Assembly (NCBI GenBank): GCA_049414425.1
Contig: JBMSAO010000037.1
Location: forward strand, 1,731-65,730
Length of the DNA stretch: 64,000 nt
DNA from: Desulfurococcaceae archaeon
Lineage (GTDB): Archaea > Thermoproteota > Thermoprotei_A > Sulfolobales > Desulfurococcaceae
Reading direction: 5' to 3'
Shown here: positions 33,954-42,512 of the stretch, in pieces
Layout: every line of letters starts with the position of its first letter
How positions within the stretch are numbered: position 1 is the stretch's first letter
Notes under the pieces: model-generated
The model's input: the letters and a program-made list of their open reading frames with translations, nothing else
The model's database searches: none
Told to the model about the DNA's origin: nothing
Translations under genes and position numbers: made by a program

Positions 33954-35037
33954 TATTAGTAGTGTGGTGAGAGTGTGTGTTAACTGCCTGAGAAGAGGGT
34001 ATGCTCATCCAGAAGACCCTCACAGGTACTCGCGAGAGAGGTTTCACTTGCCTCTAGTTGAGAGCGGTGGAGATGGCTTTAAGTGTAGTGTTTGTGGTAG
34101 AGGCTGTGTTATTTCTACTGAGGGTGGGAGGGGTTATTGTGGCTATAGAGTGAGAGTCTCCGGCTTTACGACTGTATCTACCAGAAACCCACTGAGCGCT
34201 GTAGGTCTATACTACTACGACCCCCACCCCACAAACTGCGTAGCGCTACCAGTGTGTCCAGCCGCGACGGGTCTCGGCTACCCAGAGTACGCCCTATCCC
34301 CCACTGGAGAACACGGTTACTACAACATAGCAGTGTTTTACGGTGGATGTAATCTCGACTGCCTCTACTGCCAGAACTGGGAGTACCGCGAAATGGCTGT
34401 TAAAGCAGAGCCTGTACTGAGCGTGGAGAGCTTATTCAACGCGGTGAACTCTAGAACAACGTGTGTTTGCTACTTCGGCGGGGATCCGGGGCCTTTCGCT
34501 CCACACGCTCTCATCGCTTCGAGAAAAATGATTGAGAGAGCGAGGTCTATTGGACTAAGAGTCTTCAGAGTGTGCTGGGAGACAAATGGCCTCTGGAACC
34601 CCACTCTACTAGAAAGGGCTACATTACTGAGTCTCGAGACGGGTGGAATAGTAAAAATAGACTTTAAGGCGTGGAGTCCAGAGGTGTATAGAGCGCTTTG
34701 CGGTGTCGAGGAGAAACACGTTAAGTTAATAAGAGAGAATATCAGACTAGTAGCGGGTCTCTTCAATAAGAGACTAAAGCCTCCACTACTAGTAGTGTCA
34801 ATGTTGCTCGTACCGGGGTATGTCGATGAGTACGAAATCGAGCAGGCAACGAGATTCATAGCCCAATTAAACCCAGAAATACCCTACGTATTCCTCGGCT
34901 TTCACCCAGACTACCTGCTTCTAGACCTCCCTACTACTAGTAGGAGACACGCTGAGAAAGCTGTGAAAATTGCTCGTGAAAATGGATTAAAGAACGTGTG
35001 GGTTGAAAACGTGTTTTTACTCGGCTCAGCGTACTGA
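33907..35037 (+). CDS. AmmeMemoRadiSam-system radical SAM enzyme (PflA-like activase family)
   Basis: N-terminal Zn-ribbon CRYCG...CVNC and cluster motif GGCNLDCLYCQNWEY. Confidence 0.75.
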   Translation: MRTVGTCRYCGESSITISSVVRVCVNCLRRGYAHPEDPHRYSRERFHLPLVESGGDGFKCSVCGRGCVISTEGGRGYCGYRVRVSGFTTVSTRNPLSAVGLYYYDPHPTNCVALPVCPAATGLGYPEYALSPTGEHGYYNIAVFYGGCNLDCLYCQNWEYREMAVKAEPVLSVESLFNAVNSRTTCVCYFGGDPGPFAPHALIASRKMIERARSIGLRVFRVCWETNGLWNPTLLERATLLSLETGGIVKIDFKAWSPEVYRALCGVEEKHVKLIRENIRLVAGLFNKRLKPPLLVVSMLLVPGYVDEYEIEQATRFIAQLNPEIPYVFLGFHPDYLLLDLPTTSRRHAEKAVKIARENGLKNVWVENVFLLGSAY

Positions 35038-35050
35038 GATAGTCTAGTCT

Positions 35051-35872
35051 TCACGCGTACTTCTTAATGTACTCTAAGTCTTCTACTTTTAGTCTCCAAC
35101 CAGTTGAACCGAGGATCTCCTGGACGTGACTTATGTTCTCGCTTTTAGGTATAGCAATGACGTTTTTGTGGCTAATTAAGTAGTTCAGTGCTACCTGGAT
35201 TGGCGTCTTATCGTACTTACTGGCGATTTTCGCGATTACTGGGTTTACTACGACGTTGCCTCTTTCAAGCGGCGTGTATGCTTGAAGAGCAATGTTGTTC
35301 TCTATGCAGTACGGTAGTAGCTCTTTCTCGACATAGTGTCTCGTGATCACGCTGTAGTGGACTTGATTTACAACTATTTCTGCTTTTCTAGTAGCCTGAA
35401 TAGCCTCTCGGAGCTGTGCGGGGTCGAAGTTGCTCACGCCAATATATCTCGCTAAGCCGTACTCGTATACTACTTCGAAGTTTCTCACTTGATCTGTAAT
35501 ACTCATTCTCTCATTAGGCCAGTGTATTAACATCAAGTCTGCAGACGAGACACCTAGTCTGCGGAGAGACTCCCGCGCGGCTTTCAGTACGAGTTCTCTA
35601 TCAATGAGTCTGCTCGGGAGGATCTTTGTTGTTATAAACACAGCACTCCTACCTACGTGCTTTACTACTTGACCTATAAATTCCTCTGCACGCCCCGCGT
35701 CGTACATCTCAGCTGTGTCAATTAAGTTGACACCGTGAGTTATAGCGTAAATAAACGCGTCGAGAGCTCTGTCATAGGACTTTATACCGTAAGTTCCAAG
35801 TCCAGTGGCGAAGACCTTGTCAGACCCTATATACCTGTAGTCGCTGAAATCGTAGGAACTCGATACACTCAT
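35051..35872 (-). CDS. Aldo/keto reductase
   Basis: GLGTYG, NLIDTAEMYDAGRAEEFIGQ, IHWP, IGVSNF. Confidence 0.85.
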   Translation of the reverse strand: MSVSSSYDFSDYRYIGSDKVFATGLGTYGIKSYDRALDAFIYAITHGVNLIDTAEMYDAGRAEEFIGQVVKHVGRSAVFITTKILPSRLIDRELVLKAARESLRRLGVSSADLMLIHWPNERMSITDQVRNFEVVYEYGLARYIGVSNFDPAQLREAIQATRKAEIVVNQVHYSVITRHYVEKELLPYCIENNIALQAYTPLERGNVVVNPVIAKIASKYDKTPIQVALNYLISHKNVIAIPKSENISHVQEILGSTGWRLKVEDLEYIKKYA

Positions 35873-35952
35873 TTCTCAGTACCCATAGTGGGAAATAGAG
35901 CGGGAGAGCTAAAAATAGGTATTGACACTAGAGTTTAGAGTAGGCGAGTGAA

Positions 35953-36135
35953 GTGGTAGATTTACTGAAGTGCTTTATGAGATGTGCTATGAGTAAGCGA
36001 GGGCGTAGATCTCAAGTACTAGTAATCACTAATACAGGTGTTCTCGTAGAGAGTGAGGGTAGAGACTGCGTAGAGATTAGTAATATAAGTGCCAATTGCG
36101 CTAAGTGTCCGCTTCGAAGTCTTTGCGGGTATTAG
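35953..36135 (+). CDS. Hypothetical small Cys-rich protein
   Basis: ORF with 6 Cys (CFMRC, CAKCPLRSLC). Overlaps the next gene by 31 nt. Confidence 0.3.
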   Translation: MVDLLKCFMRCAMSKRGRRSQVLVITNTGVLVESEGRDCVEISNISANCAKCPLRSLCGY

Positions 36136-36653
36136 CTTTGATGATTCGTAGAGGGGAAAAACTAAACTTTACTTGTATAAGGTGCGGTAGGTGCTGTAGT
36201 AGTGGGCCTAACGTATCTTTAACTGTAAGCGACATCTGTAGAATTGCCAGGTATTTAGGTGTCACGTGGCGGGAACTAGTCGGTAAATACATCTACGCCA
36301 TTATAGCGGACTACGTGCCGGTAGTAGTTTTGAGAGGCGTGAATAATAGATGTGCTTTCTTGAAGTACGTTAACAACACGCCGACCTGCACAATATACCC
36401 AGCTAGGCCCATGAGGTGTAGGCTCTACCCATTTCTACCAGTAGCTCCCGGCGAGAACAGTAAACTAGAGATCTCTGCGAGGTGTCCTGGTGTTGGAAAA
36501 GGAGATCTAGTGGAGCCTCTGTGGAGTGACTTAGAGATGTACCTCGAAGAAGTAAAGAGCCACTACAGAGAGCTCTACGAGCTAATATTCGTTAAAGGAC
36601 TAGAGCCCCTCACAGCTCTAGAAACACTACTAGATAAGCTCTGTACTCAGTAG
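36105..36653 (+). CDS. YkgJ/UPF0153-family Zn/Fe-chelating protein (CxxCxxCC)
   Basis: FTCIRCGRCCSSGPNVSLT plus CAFL...CTIYPARPMRCRLYPF. Confidence 0.7.
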   Translation: MSASKSLRVLALMIRRGEKLNFTCIRCGRCCSSGPNVSLTVSDICRIARYLGVTWRELVGKYIYAIIADYVPVVVLRGVNNRCAFLKYVNNTPTCTIYPARPMRCRLYPFLPVAPGENSKLEISARCPGVGKGDLVEPLWSDLEMYLEEVKSHYRELYELIFVKGLEPLTALETLLDKLCTQ

Positions 36654-36694
36654 TAAACGTAGTGATCCAAGCCTGCTTTAAGTGAGCGCGAGCC

Positions 36695-37327
36695 TCAACT
36701 CACTATGCTCACAACGTGTCTTAGAGGCGCGTTATCCGGGGCTACTCTAATGTAGTCGCTGTATTCTCTCTTCTCTCTAGTTATTTTCAGGAGCCCGAGG
36801 TCAGTTGTAAGAGTGCAAGAGGCCTCCTCCACGCTACTAGAGTGGAGTTTTCTACAGGATTCTATTAGCAGGTCAAATTCGCCGCTTCTAAGACTGCTGT
36901 GAAAAATAACCCATTCTTCAAGACGCCCTTTTGTCGAGTGCTCTGAGAGTAGTGTGCTGTGGGGTTTAAGGTAGAAATAGTACTTCTCAGTGTTAACGAA
37001 GTCTATAGTGATTGGTATTAAAGAGCTCTTGTAGGCGATAAAACTTCCAATACCGCCATAGAACATAGAGTACGCTTTCGCCAAGTCTATAGTACTCAGT
37101 GAATTCAGCTTATTACTCGCAATCGCTACACAGAGCTTGAACACGTGTTCTCGCCAAGAAGGAGTCGAGATGTTTGAGTAGTACTTGAACTCACCGTTTC
37201 GAGTTATAAGTAGATTTGCCCGGAGATTTAATATAGGCATTACTACGTAGCCTAGAAGTCCGCTGTACTCGAATACCCCAATGAGAACTGGGAGAGGGCA
37301 GCTGTAGAGCTCTTTGTAGCTCCACAA
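36695..37327 (-). CDS. Hypothetical protein
   Basis: ORF only; the local sequence looks more AT-rich than its neighbours. Confidence 0.4.
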   Translation of the reverse strand: MWSYKELYSCPLPVLIGVFEYSGLLGYVVMPILNLRANLLITRNGEFKYYSNISTPSWREHVFKLCVAIASNKLNSLSTIDLAKAYSMFYGGIGSFIAYKSSLIPITIDFVNTEKYYFYLKPHSTLLSEHSTKGRLEEWVIFHSSLRSGEFDLLIESCRKLHSSSVEEASCTLTTDLGLLKITREKREYSDYIRVAPDNAPLRHVVSIVS

Positions 37328-37454
37328 TAGACTGGTACACCTCTAGCTAGACTTAACAGCTAGAAAACTAATTAAATTTATTTCACTTTGAATTCTAAGT
37401 TAATTTTCGAGTTACGGGGGGTAGCGCGAGCTCTTTGAAATAGTGTGGTGATTT

Positions 37455-38438
37455 ATGACGGTGCTAAATCGCCTAGTACTCTGCACTTCACTATTACTGC
37501 TAATTAAAGTACTAGTAGCGGGTCTACTTGTAGGTACTTCTAGTAGCAGTTCTCTTATTAGTAGCCTCAACTACTATACTGTGTACGATTTGCTCTCTAA
37601 TTGTGGCTTAATGGAAATAAGTGCTCTTGTTAACTTCGAAGATATAACTCACTTTGAAATACCTCTAAACGTCTTTGAGGAGAGCGCTCAGTTCGAACTA
37701 GTAAATTATACTTCATCAAGAGACCTCTTCGTGGCTGGGTTAAATGTGAGCAGGGAGAGGATAAGTGTAATTGCTCTGGGCAGTGGTGAATTAAGAGTAT
37801 TTCTATCCGCATGTAGTCTACTCGAAGAGCCCGGTGTTGCTGTATATTTCCTCATGGTTAACACAGAGCACTTAGCTAATTACGCATTTAGTGTTAACGT
37901 GACATTTGACTTTATAGGCAACTACAATGTTACTGGAGAAGCCATCAAGGCTAAATTAGAAGTTAGCAAGTCAAACAACATCACTAGGGTTGCAATTACC
38001 GGATTTGGCTTAGCACTATTAGCCGTGATTCCAGTGATCGAGGAAACTCCTGGACAGACTCCTCCAGGGCGGCAACAACAGGCTTCATGGGTTCTAGTAG
38101 GCGTTATTGTGGGCTCGCTACTAGCTGGAAGTGGATTACTTGTATACCTCCTCGCGAAGCGTGGAGTAAAATTCTCAGTTGAGAGGCCTGACTATCTAAC
38201 TGATAGTAGCTATAGAGCTATAATAAGAGTACTCGGTGACAGCGGCAACAAGGGGCTCTTGCAGAGCGAAATTGCCAGTATAACTGGCTTGTCGAAGTCT
38301 ACTATTAGTAGAAAACTCAGGAGAATGGAAGAGGACGGCTTAGTGGTAATTAAGAGGTCTGGTAAGTACAACTACGTCTACTTAACGGATAGGGGACTAG
38401 ACCTATACAGGAGAGTAGTTAAGAGAGGTGCTAGCTAG
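37455..38438 (+). CDS. Membrane-tethered winged-helix (MarR/TrmB-like) regulator with an extracytoplasmic domain
   Basis: N-terminal TM (LVLCTSLLLLIKVLVAGLLVG), ~165-aa hydrophilic domain with N-x-S/T sites, two TM segments (FGLALLAVIPVI; WVLVGVIVGSLLAGSGLLVYLL), then the wHTH LLQSEIASITGLSKSTISRKLRRMEEDGLVVIKRSGKYNYVYLT. Confidence 0.6.
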   Translation: MTVLNRLVLCTSLLLLIKVLVAGLLVGTSSSSSLISSLNYYTVYDLLSNCGLMEISALVNFEDITHFEIPLNVFEESAQFELVNYTSSRDLFVAGLNVSRERISVIALGSGELRVFLSACSLLEEPGVAVYFLMVNTEHLANYAFSVNVTFDFIGNYNVTGEAIKAKLEVSKSNNITRVAITGFGLALLAVIPVIEETPGQTPPGRQQQASWVLVGVIVGSLLAGSGLLVYLLAKRGVKFSVERPDYLTDSSYRAIIRVLGDSGNKGLLQSEIASITGLSKSTISRKLRRMEEDGLVVIKRSGKYNYVYLTDRGLDLYRRVVKRGAS

Positions 38439-38951
38439 TTGATTCCGCGATATGCTCTCGGCTTTTTCTTCGTCAGAGAGACGGGTCTCGTAGAGCAGGT
38501 AGTTGTGTTCAAGTACTATGATCAGGCTGAGGAGTATAAGAGAGTGGTTGAAAGTGAAGAGCGTTTAGAGGAGGAGAAGAGCCTCTTAGCTAGAAATATG
38601 CGGTTCTACCTTGATCAAGAGGAAGTGTACATAAATGGTGAGCGAGTGCACCCCAGAGTTGTAGACGTAGAAGTGGGGTTTCAAGGCGATTACAAACACC
38701 CCTATATACTCTTCTTGATAATTTTTCGCGGGGGCTTTAAGAGGGGAGTTAATATCTACGAGAACAAGTACGAGCCTGAAGTAGTGGAGTACGACTACAG
38801 AGTCTACTGGATATTTCCACAGGGAGCTAGAATTCTCAGTGTGGAGATGGGAGTGCCGCACAGACTACTCGATAAGAGTAGAATTCTAGTTTTTGATGTA
38901 AGAGCGGGTACTCGAGTAGGTGGCTACGAGAGAATAGAATTCGAGCTCTAA
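38439..38951 (+). CDS. Hypothetical protein, co-transcribed with the membrane wHTH gene
   Basis: TTG start immediately after the upstream TAG (no gap). No motif recognised. Confidence 0.45.
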   Translation: MIPRYALGFFFVRETGLVEQVVVFKYYDQAEEYKRVVESEERLEEEKSLLARNMRFYLDQEEVYINGERVHPRVVDVEVGFQGDYKHPYILFLIIFRGGFKRGVNIYENKYEPEVVEYDYRVYWIFPQGARILSVEMGVPHRLLDKSRILVFDVRAGTRVGGYERIEFEL

Positions 38952-39156
38952 GAGAAGAACCACCCTTTTAAGTGTACTAGAGCTATATAATTAGTAGATG
39001 ATGTGAGGGGACCTCGAAAGAGCTCTGAAGCGTGATGTGGGGCCAAAGCGCTGATTAATTCACGGCTTTTCAACTGATCATCTGTTAAGTCTCGATGAGG
39101 AGTACGCCATCGGCGGATTTTACGTGAAGACGGCTCGACCATGCTGAGGGGGTTAA

Positions 39157-40347
39157 ATGCCGCTCTACGTAGATTACTCAAAGTACCCATTTGTCTTTCC
39201 ACGAGAAGACCTAAAAGTAATGTACGTAGACAGTCCGGGTGTTATTGCTAGTCGAGATGAGGTTTTGAGGAGTAAGTTGAGTTCTCTAGTGAAGAGAGTA
39301 GTAGAAGCTGGAGAAGTCCCCTCTGAGCTGTGTTCTAGTAGTGAGGAGTGCGTTCTACTATACTACGCGGTACTAGACGTGGCGAAGGCTGCGGGAGACA
39401 AGTGGTTTCAAAACAGAGTAGCTCTCGCTTACTCCAAATACGCGTCTCAGTACATGGAGAGAGAAGACTCCGAGAAGTTGCTACTACTTGGAAGGAGGCT
39501 GGGTTTAGACGTCTTCTTAGCCGCGAAGGGGTCAAATACCCCTAAACTACCAGTCATATCTAAGAGTGGTAAAAGCATTAGCTTTATCCCCTGCGAGTTC
39601 GCTGTCTCAATAACTAGTTATTTAAGAGTAGTCTCTAAGAGGCTTGTACACGACCCTCTTTACGGTCTTACTAATAACACTGTGAGTAACGGGTACGTGT
39701 ACTTGGATAAAATGACATACCAGAGAGTCCTAGAAGAGGCTATTTTGAATAGAGTTCTGGAAGCTACAGAAGAGTCCACACCTCTCACAGAACTCAGCGA
39801 GTTTGCAGAACTAGTTAACGAGGTGAAGAGAGCTCTAGAGGAGAGTAGAGGAGGGGGCGAGGCTACTACTAGTAGAGTAGTAGTGTCTGAGAAGAGTACT
39901 TTAAGAGAGCCTGAGACTGGAGAGCTACCAGTAATAGAGAGTCTTTTCCCCCCGTGTATAGCAAGAATAATTGAGATCTTGAAGTCGGGTGGAAACCCTA
40001 GTCACGTAGAGAGATTTAACTTAGCGGCTTTTCTCGGCAGTATAGGGCTCGGCGTCGAGGCTGTGTTGGAGTACTTCAAGACGTCGGCCGACTTCAATGA
40101 GAAAATTGCGAGATATCAAATTGAACACATACTGGGTCTCAGGGGTAATAAGAAGAAGTACTTACCATATAGTTGCGAGAGAATGAGAGCTACCGGAATC
40201 TGCCCTGTTCAAGAGCAGTGTAAAGGCGGGAGAAACCCGGTAGCTGTGTATAGATACGCGGTGAGGACCAGGGTGAGGAGTGAAAAGAGCTCAACTAGTA
40301 GAGGAAGTAGAGACGACGATGCTAGTGAAGCCGCCGGCGGGATTTGA
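39157..40347 (+). CDS. priL: DNA primase large subunit PriL
   Basis: FPPCIARIIEILKSGGNPSHVERFNLAAFLGSIG, YQIEHILG, YLPYSCERMRATGICP (Fe-S domain cysteines). Confidence 0.8.
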   Translation: MPLYVDYSKYPFVFPREDLKVMYVDSPGVIASRDEVLRSKLSSLVKRVVEAGEVPSELCSSSEECVLLYYAVLDVAKAAGDKWFQNRVALAYSKYASQYMEREDSEKLLLLGRRLGLDVFLAAKGSNTPKLPVISKSGKSISFIPCEFAVSITSYLRVVSKRLVHDPLYGLTNNTVSNGYVYLDKMTYQRVLEEAILNRVLEATEESTPLTELSEFAELVNEVKRALEESRGGGEATTSRVVVSEKSTLREPETGELPVIESLFPPCIARIIEILKSGGNPSHVERFNLAAFLGSIGLGVEAVLEYFKTSADFNEKIARYQIEHILGLRGNKKKYLPYSCERMRATGICPVQEQCKGGRNPVAVYRYAVRTRVRSEKSSTSRGSRDDDASEAAGGI

Positions 40348-40435
40348 ACCCGCGACCACCGGCTATCTCCACGGGCCTCTTTACTCTAGAATCCGCTTAC
40401 AAGGCCGGCGCTCTACCGGGCTGAGCTACGGCGGC
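40329..40435 (-). tRNA. tRNA-Thr (UGU) with 33-nt intron
   Basis: Reverse complement: GCCGCCG/CGGCGGC acceptor, D arm GCTC-AGCCCGGTA-GAGC, anticodon stem CCGGC/GCCGG, loop CTTGTA[intron 40365-40397]A, T arm GCGGG-TTCAAAT-CCCGC, discriminator T. Confidence 0.85.
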
Positions 40436-40477
40436 TTCTTCACTATAATAATAAGTCTAAGTGTGGGTTTTTAACAC

Positions 40478-40756
40478 TCAACCACCGGAGACGGGTGGCA
40501 TTAGGGCTATCTCATCGCCTTCTCTAATAGGGGTTTCCAGCCCCCGACTAGGTGTTTTTAAATTTACAAGGATAATGACATCAGACCTCCCCAGTAATAT
40601 GTCTTCTACAACTCGAGAGAGTTGAGGTTTACTCCTGGCTAGTTCTAGTAGAACGCTGTGTAGAGCGGTCTCACTGGTGTCTTTAATATCGAGCTCAACT
40701 CCGTCTTTACCGGCCTTCTCCGCCAGCCAGAGGAGAAATCTCACTTTCACTCTCAC
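40478..40756 (-). CDS. MoaD/ThiS-family ubiquitin-like protein (SAMP-like) ending in Gly-Gly
   Basis: 92 aa. C-terminus EGDEIALMPPVSGG. Confidence 0.7.
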   Translation of the reverse strand: MRVKVRFLLWLAEKAGKDGVELDIKDTSETALHSVLLELARSKPQLSRVVEDILLGRSDVIILVNLKTPSRGLETPIREGDEIALMPPVSGG

Positions 40757-41079
40757 TGCTCCGACCTCTTCATTTCTTCTCGCATTTTAGCCTCTTCAGA
40801 TAGCTTCTTCCACTCTTCATCACTAAGAGACCTGTAGGGGTCTGCGAGTATGTATCTGTAATCAGGGTTTTTCGTGAAGAAGTAGATTACATAGCTACAA
40901 ATAGGCTCTATTAGCCAGTTATTGCGCTTAGCAAGCTCTATAGCGTACTTAATTAACTGCAAAGCCACTCCTTTACCTCTATGTTGCGGTGGCGTGTAGG
41001 TCTCTAGTAGCTTCATGATGCCATTCTCAACAGTGTACTTCAAGAAAGCCTTACTTCCATCAGAGAAGACTGTGTACAC
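40753..41079 (-). CDS. Small GNAT-like N-acetyltransferase (YjdJ type)
   Basis: TYTPPQHRGKGVALQLIKYAIELAKRNNWLIEPICSYV. Confidence 0.6.
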   Translation of the reverse strand: MYTVFSDGSKAFLKYTVENGIMKLLETYTPPQHRGKGVALQLIKYAIELAKRNNWLIEPICSYVIYFFTKNPDYRYILADPYRSLSDEEWKKLSEEAKMREEMKRSEQ

Positions 41080-41197
41080 TACTTGACTAGTGTGTTTTAT
41101 TTCTAGGGTACTATTCTCGTGTGGGCCTACAATAGACTAATCACCCCGAAGTAATTACTTGGATTTCCTAGGTTTTTAATAACTTAGAGTTTTCTAT

Positions 41198-41350
41198 GAG
41201 CCTCCTCAGCGAGTTGCCACAACGTGGTCTTCTCGGCACTTATAGGGCTTCCCCGAGGCGGTTATTTGCCCCGGGGCCTCCAGGCTCTGCTCGGGTTTCC
41301 ACTGCGTCGTAGCCCGGGCTATTAGGGCTCCACGTAGCCCCCGAACTTCT
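41198..41350. ncRNA. GC-rich structured intergenic island; candidate ncRNA of unknown class
   Basis: About 63% GC by hand count, inside a 368-bp gene-free gap. Helices GCCAC-aac-GTGGT, CTCGG(41232-41236)/CCGAG(41253-41257), and CGTAGCCC...GGGCTccACG. Shares TCTCGGCACT (41231-41240) with 13126-13135. Confidence 0.3.
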
Positions 41351-41447
41351 CATCCGTGCTAAGAACAGCAATTTCTAAAAATCATTACCCACAGGTAGCC
41401 ACTCATAACTAATTACAAGTAATTACAGATCGGTCGCAGACTACTCC

Positions 41448-41642
41448 TTATTTAGTCTGTTGACCGTACTTTAATGTCCATTTGTACTTTCTGGGGTCTC
41501 TACCCAGCTTGTAGTTCTTAAAGCACTTGCTACCACAAAACCACAGTATAGTCCCATAGTTAAGTACGTACATGAGGCCTGTTCCGGGCTCTATTTCGCC
41601 GCCGCAAAATGTGCACTTCACTAGTCTAGGCATGCTCCTCAA
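41448..41642 (-). CDS. rpl24e: 50S ribosomal protein L24e
   Basis: [17 protein letters not shown]...[10 protein letters not shown]. Confidence 0.9.
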   Translation of the reverse strand: MRSMPRLVKCTFCGGEIEPGTGLMYVLNYGTILWFCGSKCFKNYKLGRDPRKYKWTLKYGQQTK

Positions 41643-41728
41643 CCCTTTTAATCACTGTCTAGTACACTGAGTGAGTTTAACGCTTAAAAAGCATTAACAC
41701 GTACTTAGTACAAGAACTAGACATCGGG

Positions 41729-42013
41729 GTGCTTAGTGTCTTGAGTGGTGAGACGCGCGAAGCGAGAAAGGTGGTGTTTGAGCCTCCCAAGGCAAACGTA
41801 GTAGAGGAGATAGGGTTCCCAGCAGAGGTTATTCAGATAATTGGGCGGACAGGCGTTACGGGAGAGGTTACGCAGGTTAGAGTACGAGTTCTAGAGGGGC
41901 GCGATAAGGGCAGAGTCATAACTAGAAATGTGAGGGGTCCTGTTAGAATAGGAGACATACTAATTCTACGCGAAACAGAGAGAGAGGCTAGGAAGTTAAC
42001 GGCGAGGAGATAG
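41729..42013 (+). CDS. rps28e: 30S ribosomal protein S28e
   Basis: [61 protein letters not shown]. The true start is probably an internal GTG (VVFEPP...). Confidence 0.9.
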   Translation: MLSVLSGETREARKVVFEPPKANVVEEIGFPAEVIQIIGRTGVTGEVTQVRVRVLEGRDKGRVITRNVRGPVRIGDILILRETEREARKLTARR

Positions 42014-42056
42014 CTAGAAAAACGCTTTTGGTCTTTTAGACTTCTCTCAGACTGTT

Positions 42057-42440
42057 CTAGCCTGATCTAGCTCGGATCTGTTGCACTTGCTTAGTTATTT
42101 CTTCAATCAGGTCCTTTGCTCCTCCAGGGTCAATGATAGCGATGGAGGCGGCCGCGACTTCTATGCTGGCAGCCTCGCCCAGTCTCCTCTTACTCGGCAC
42201 GTATGTGTAGGGAATTTTCTTCTCGTCGCAGAGTATTGGGAGATGGCCGACTATTTCTGGGGGGTCTACGTCCTCTGCTATAACTACTAGTTTCGCGAGG
42301 CCTCTCTCTACAGCCTTAGTTGTCTCGTTTGTTCCCTTCTTTATCTTGCCTCCCGTCTCTCTGGCTTTCTTAACGGCCTCGTAGGTCTTCTCGGCGAGTT
42401 CTGGCAGGACGTTGAACTTTACGTAGAAGGGCTTTGACAC
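42057..42440 (-). CDS. rpl7ae: 50S ribosomal protein L7Ae (K-turn binding)
   Basis: [59 protein letters not shown]. Confidence 0.9.
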   Translation of the reverse strand: MSKPFYVKFNVLPELAEKTYEAVKKARETGGKIKKGTNETTKAVERGLAKLVVIAEDVDPPEIVGHLPILCDEKKIPYTYVPSKRRLGEAASIEVAAASIAIIDPGGAKDLIEEITKQVQQIRARSG

Positions 42441-42512
42441 GGTTCATCCTCCTCCTCTTCTCGTCCCCTACACAAGATTAAATGTTAACTCAAAATAAGC
42501 CCTTATAAAGCT

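Noticed and set aside
40280-40474. 64-aa ORF on the plus strand
   Set aside because: It is made up largely of the complement of tRNA-Thr(UGU) and the PriL tail in another frame, so it is spurious.
41198-41350. Assignment of the 41.2-kb GC island to SRP RNA, RNase P RNA or H/ACA RNA
   Set aside because: On the minus strand GUGGAAAC...GAGCAG faintly recalls the SRP helix-8 GGAA/AGCA motif, but the pairing does not work. No RNase P CR-I/CR-V-like strings are present, and there is no clear ACA box. It is kept only as an unclassified candidate.
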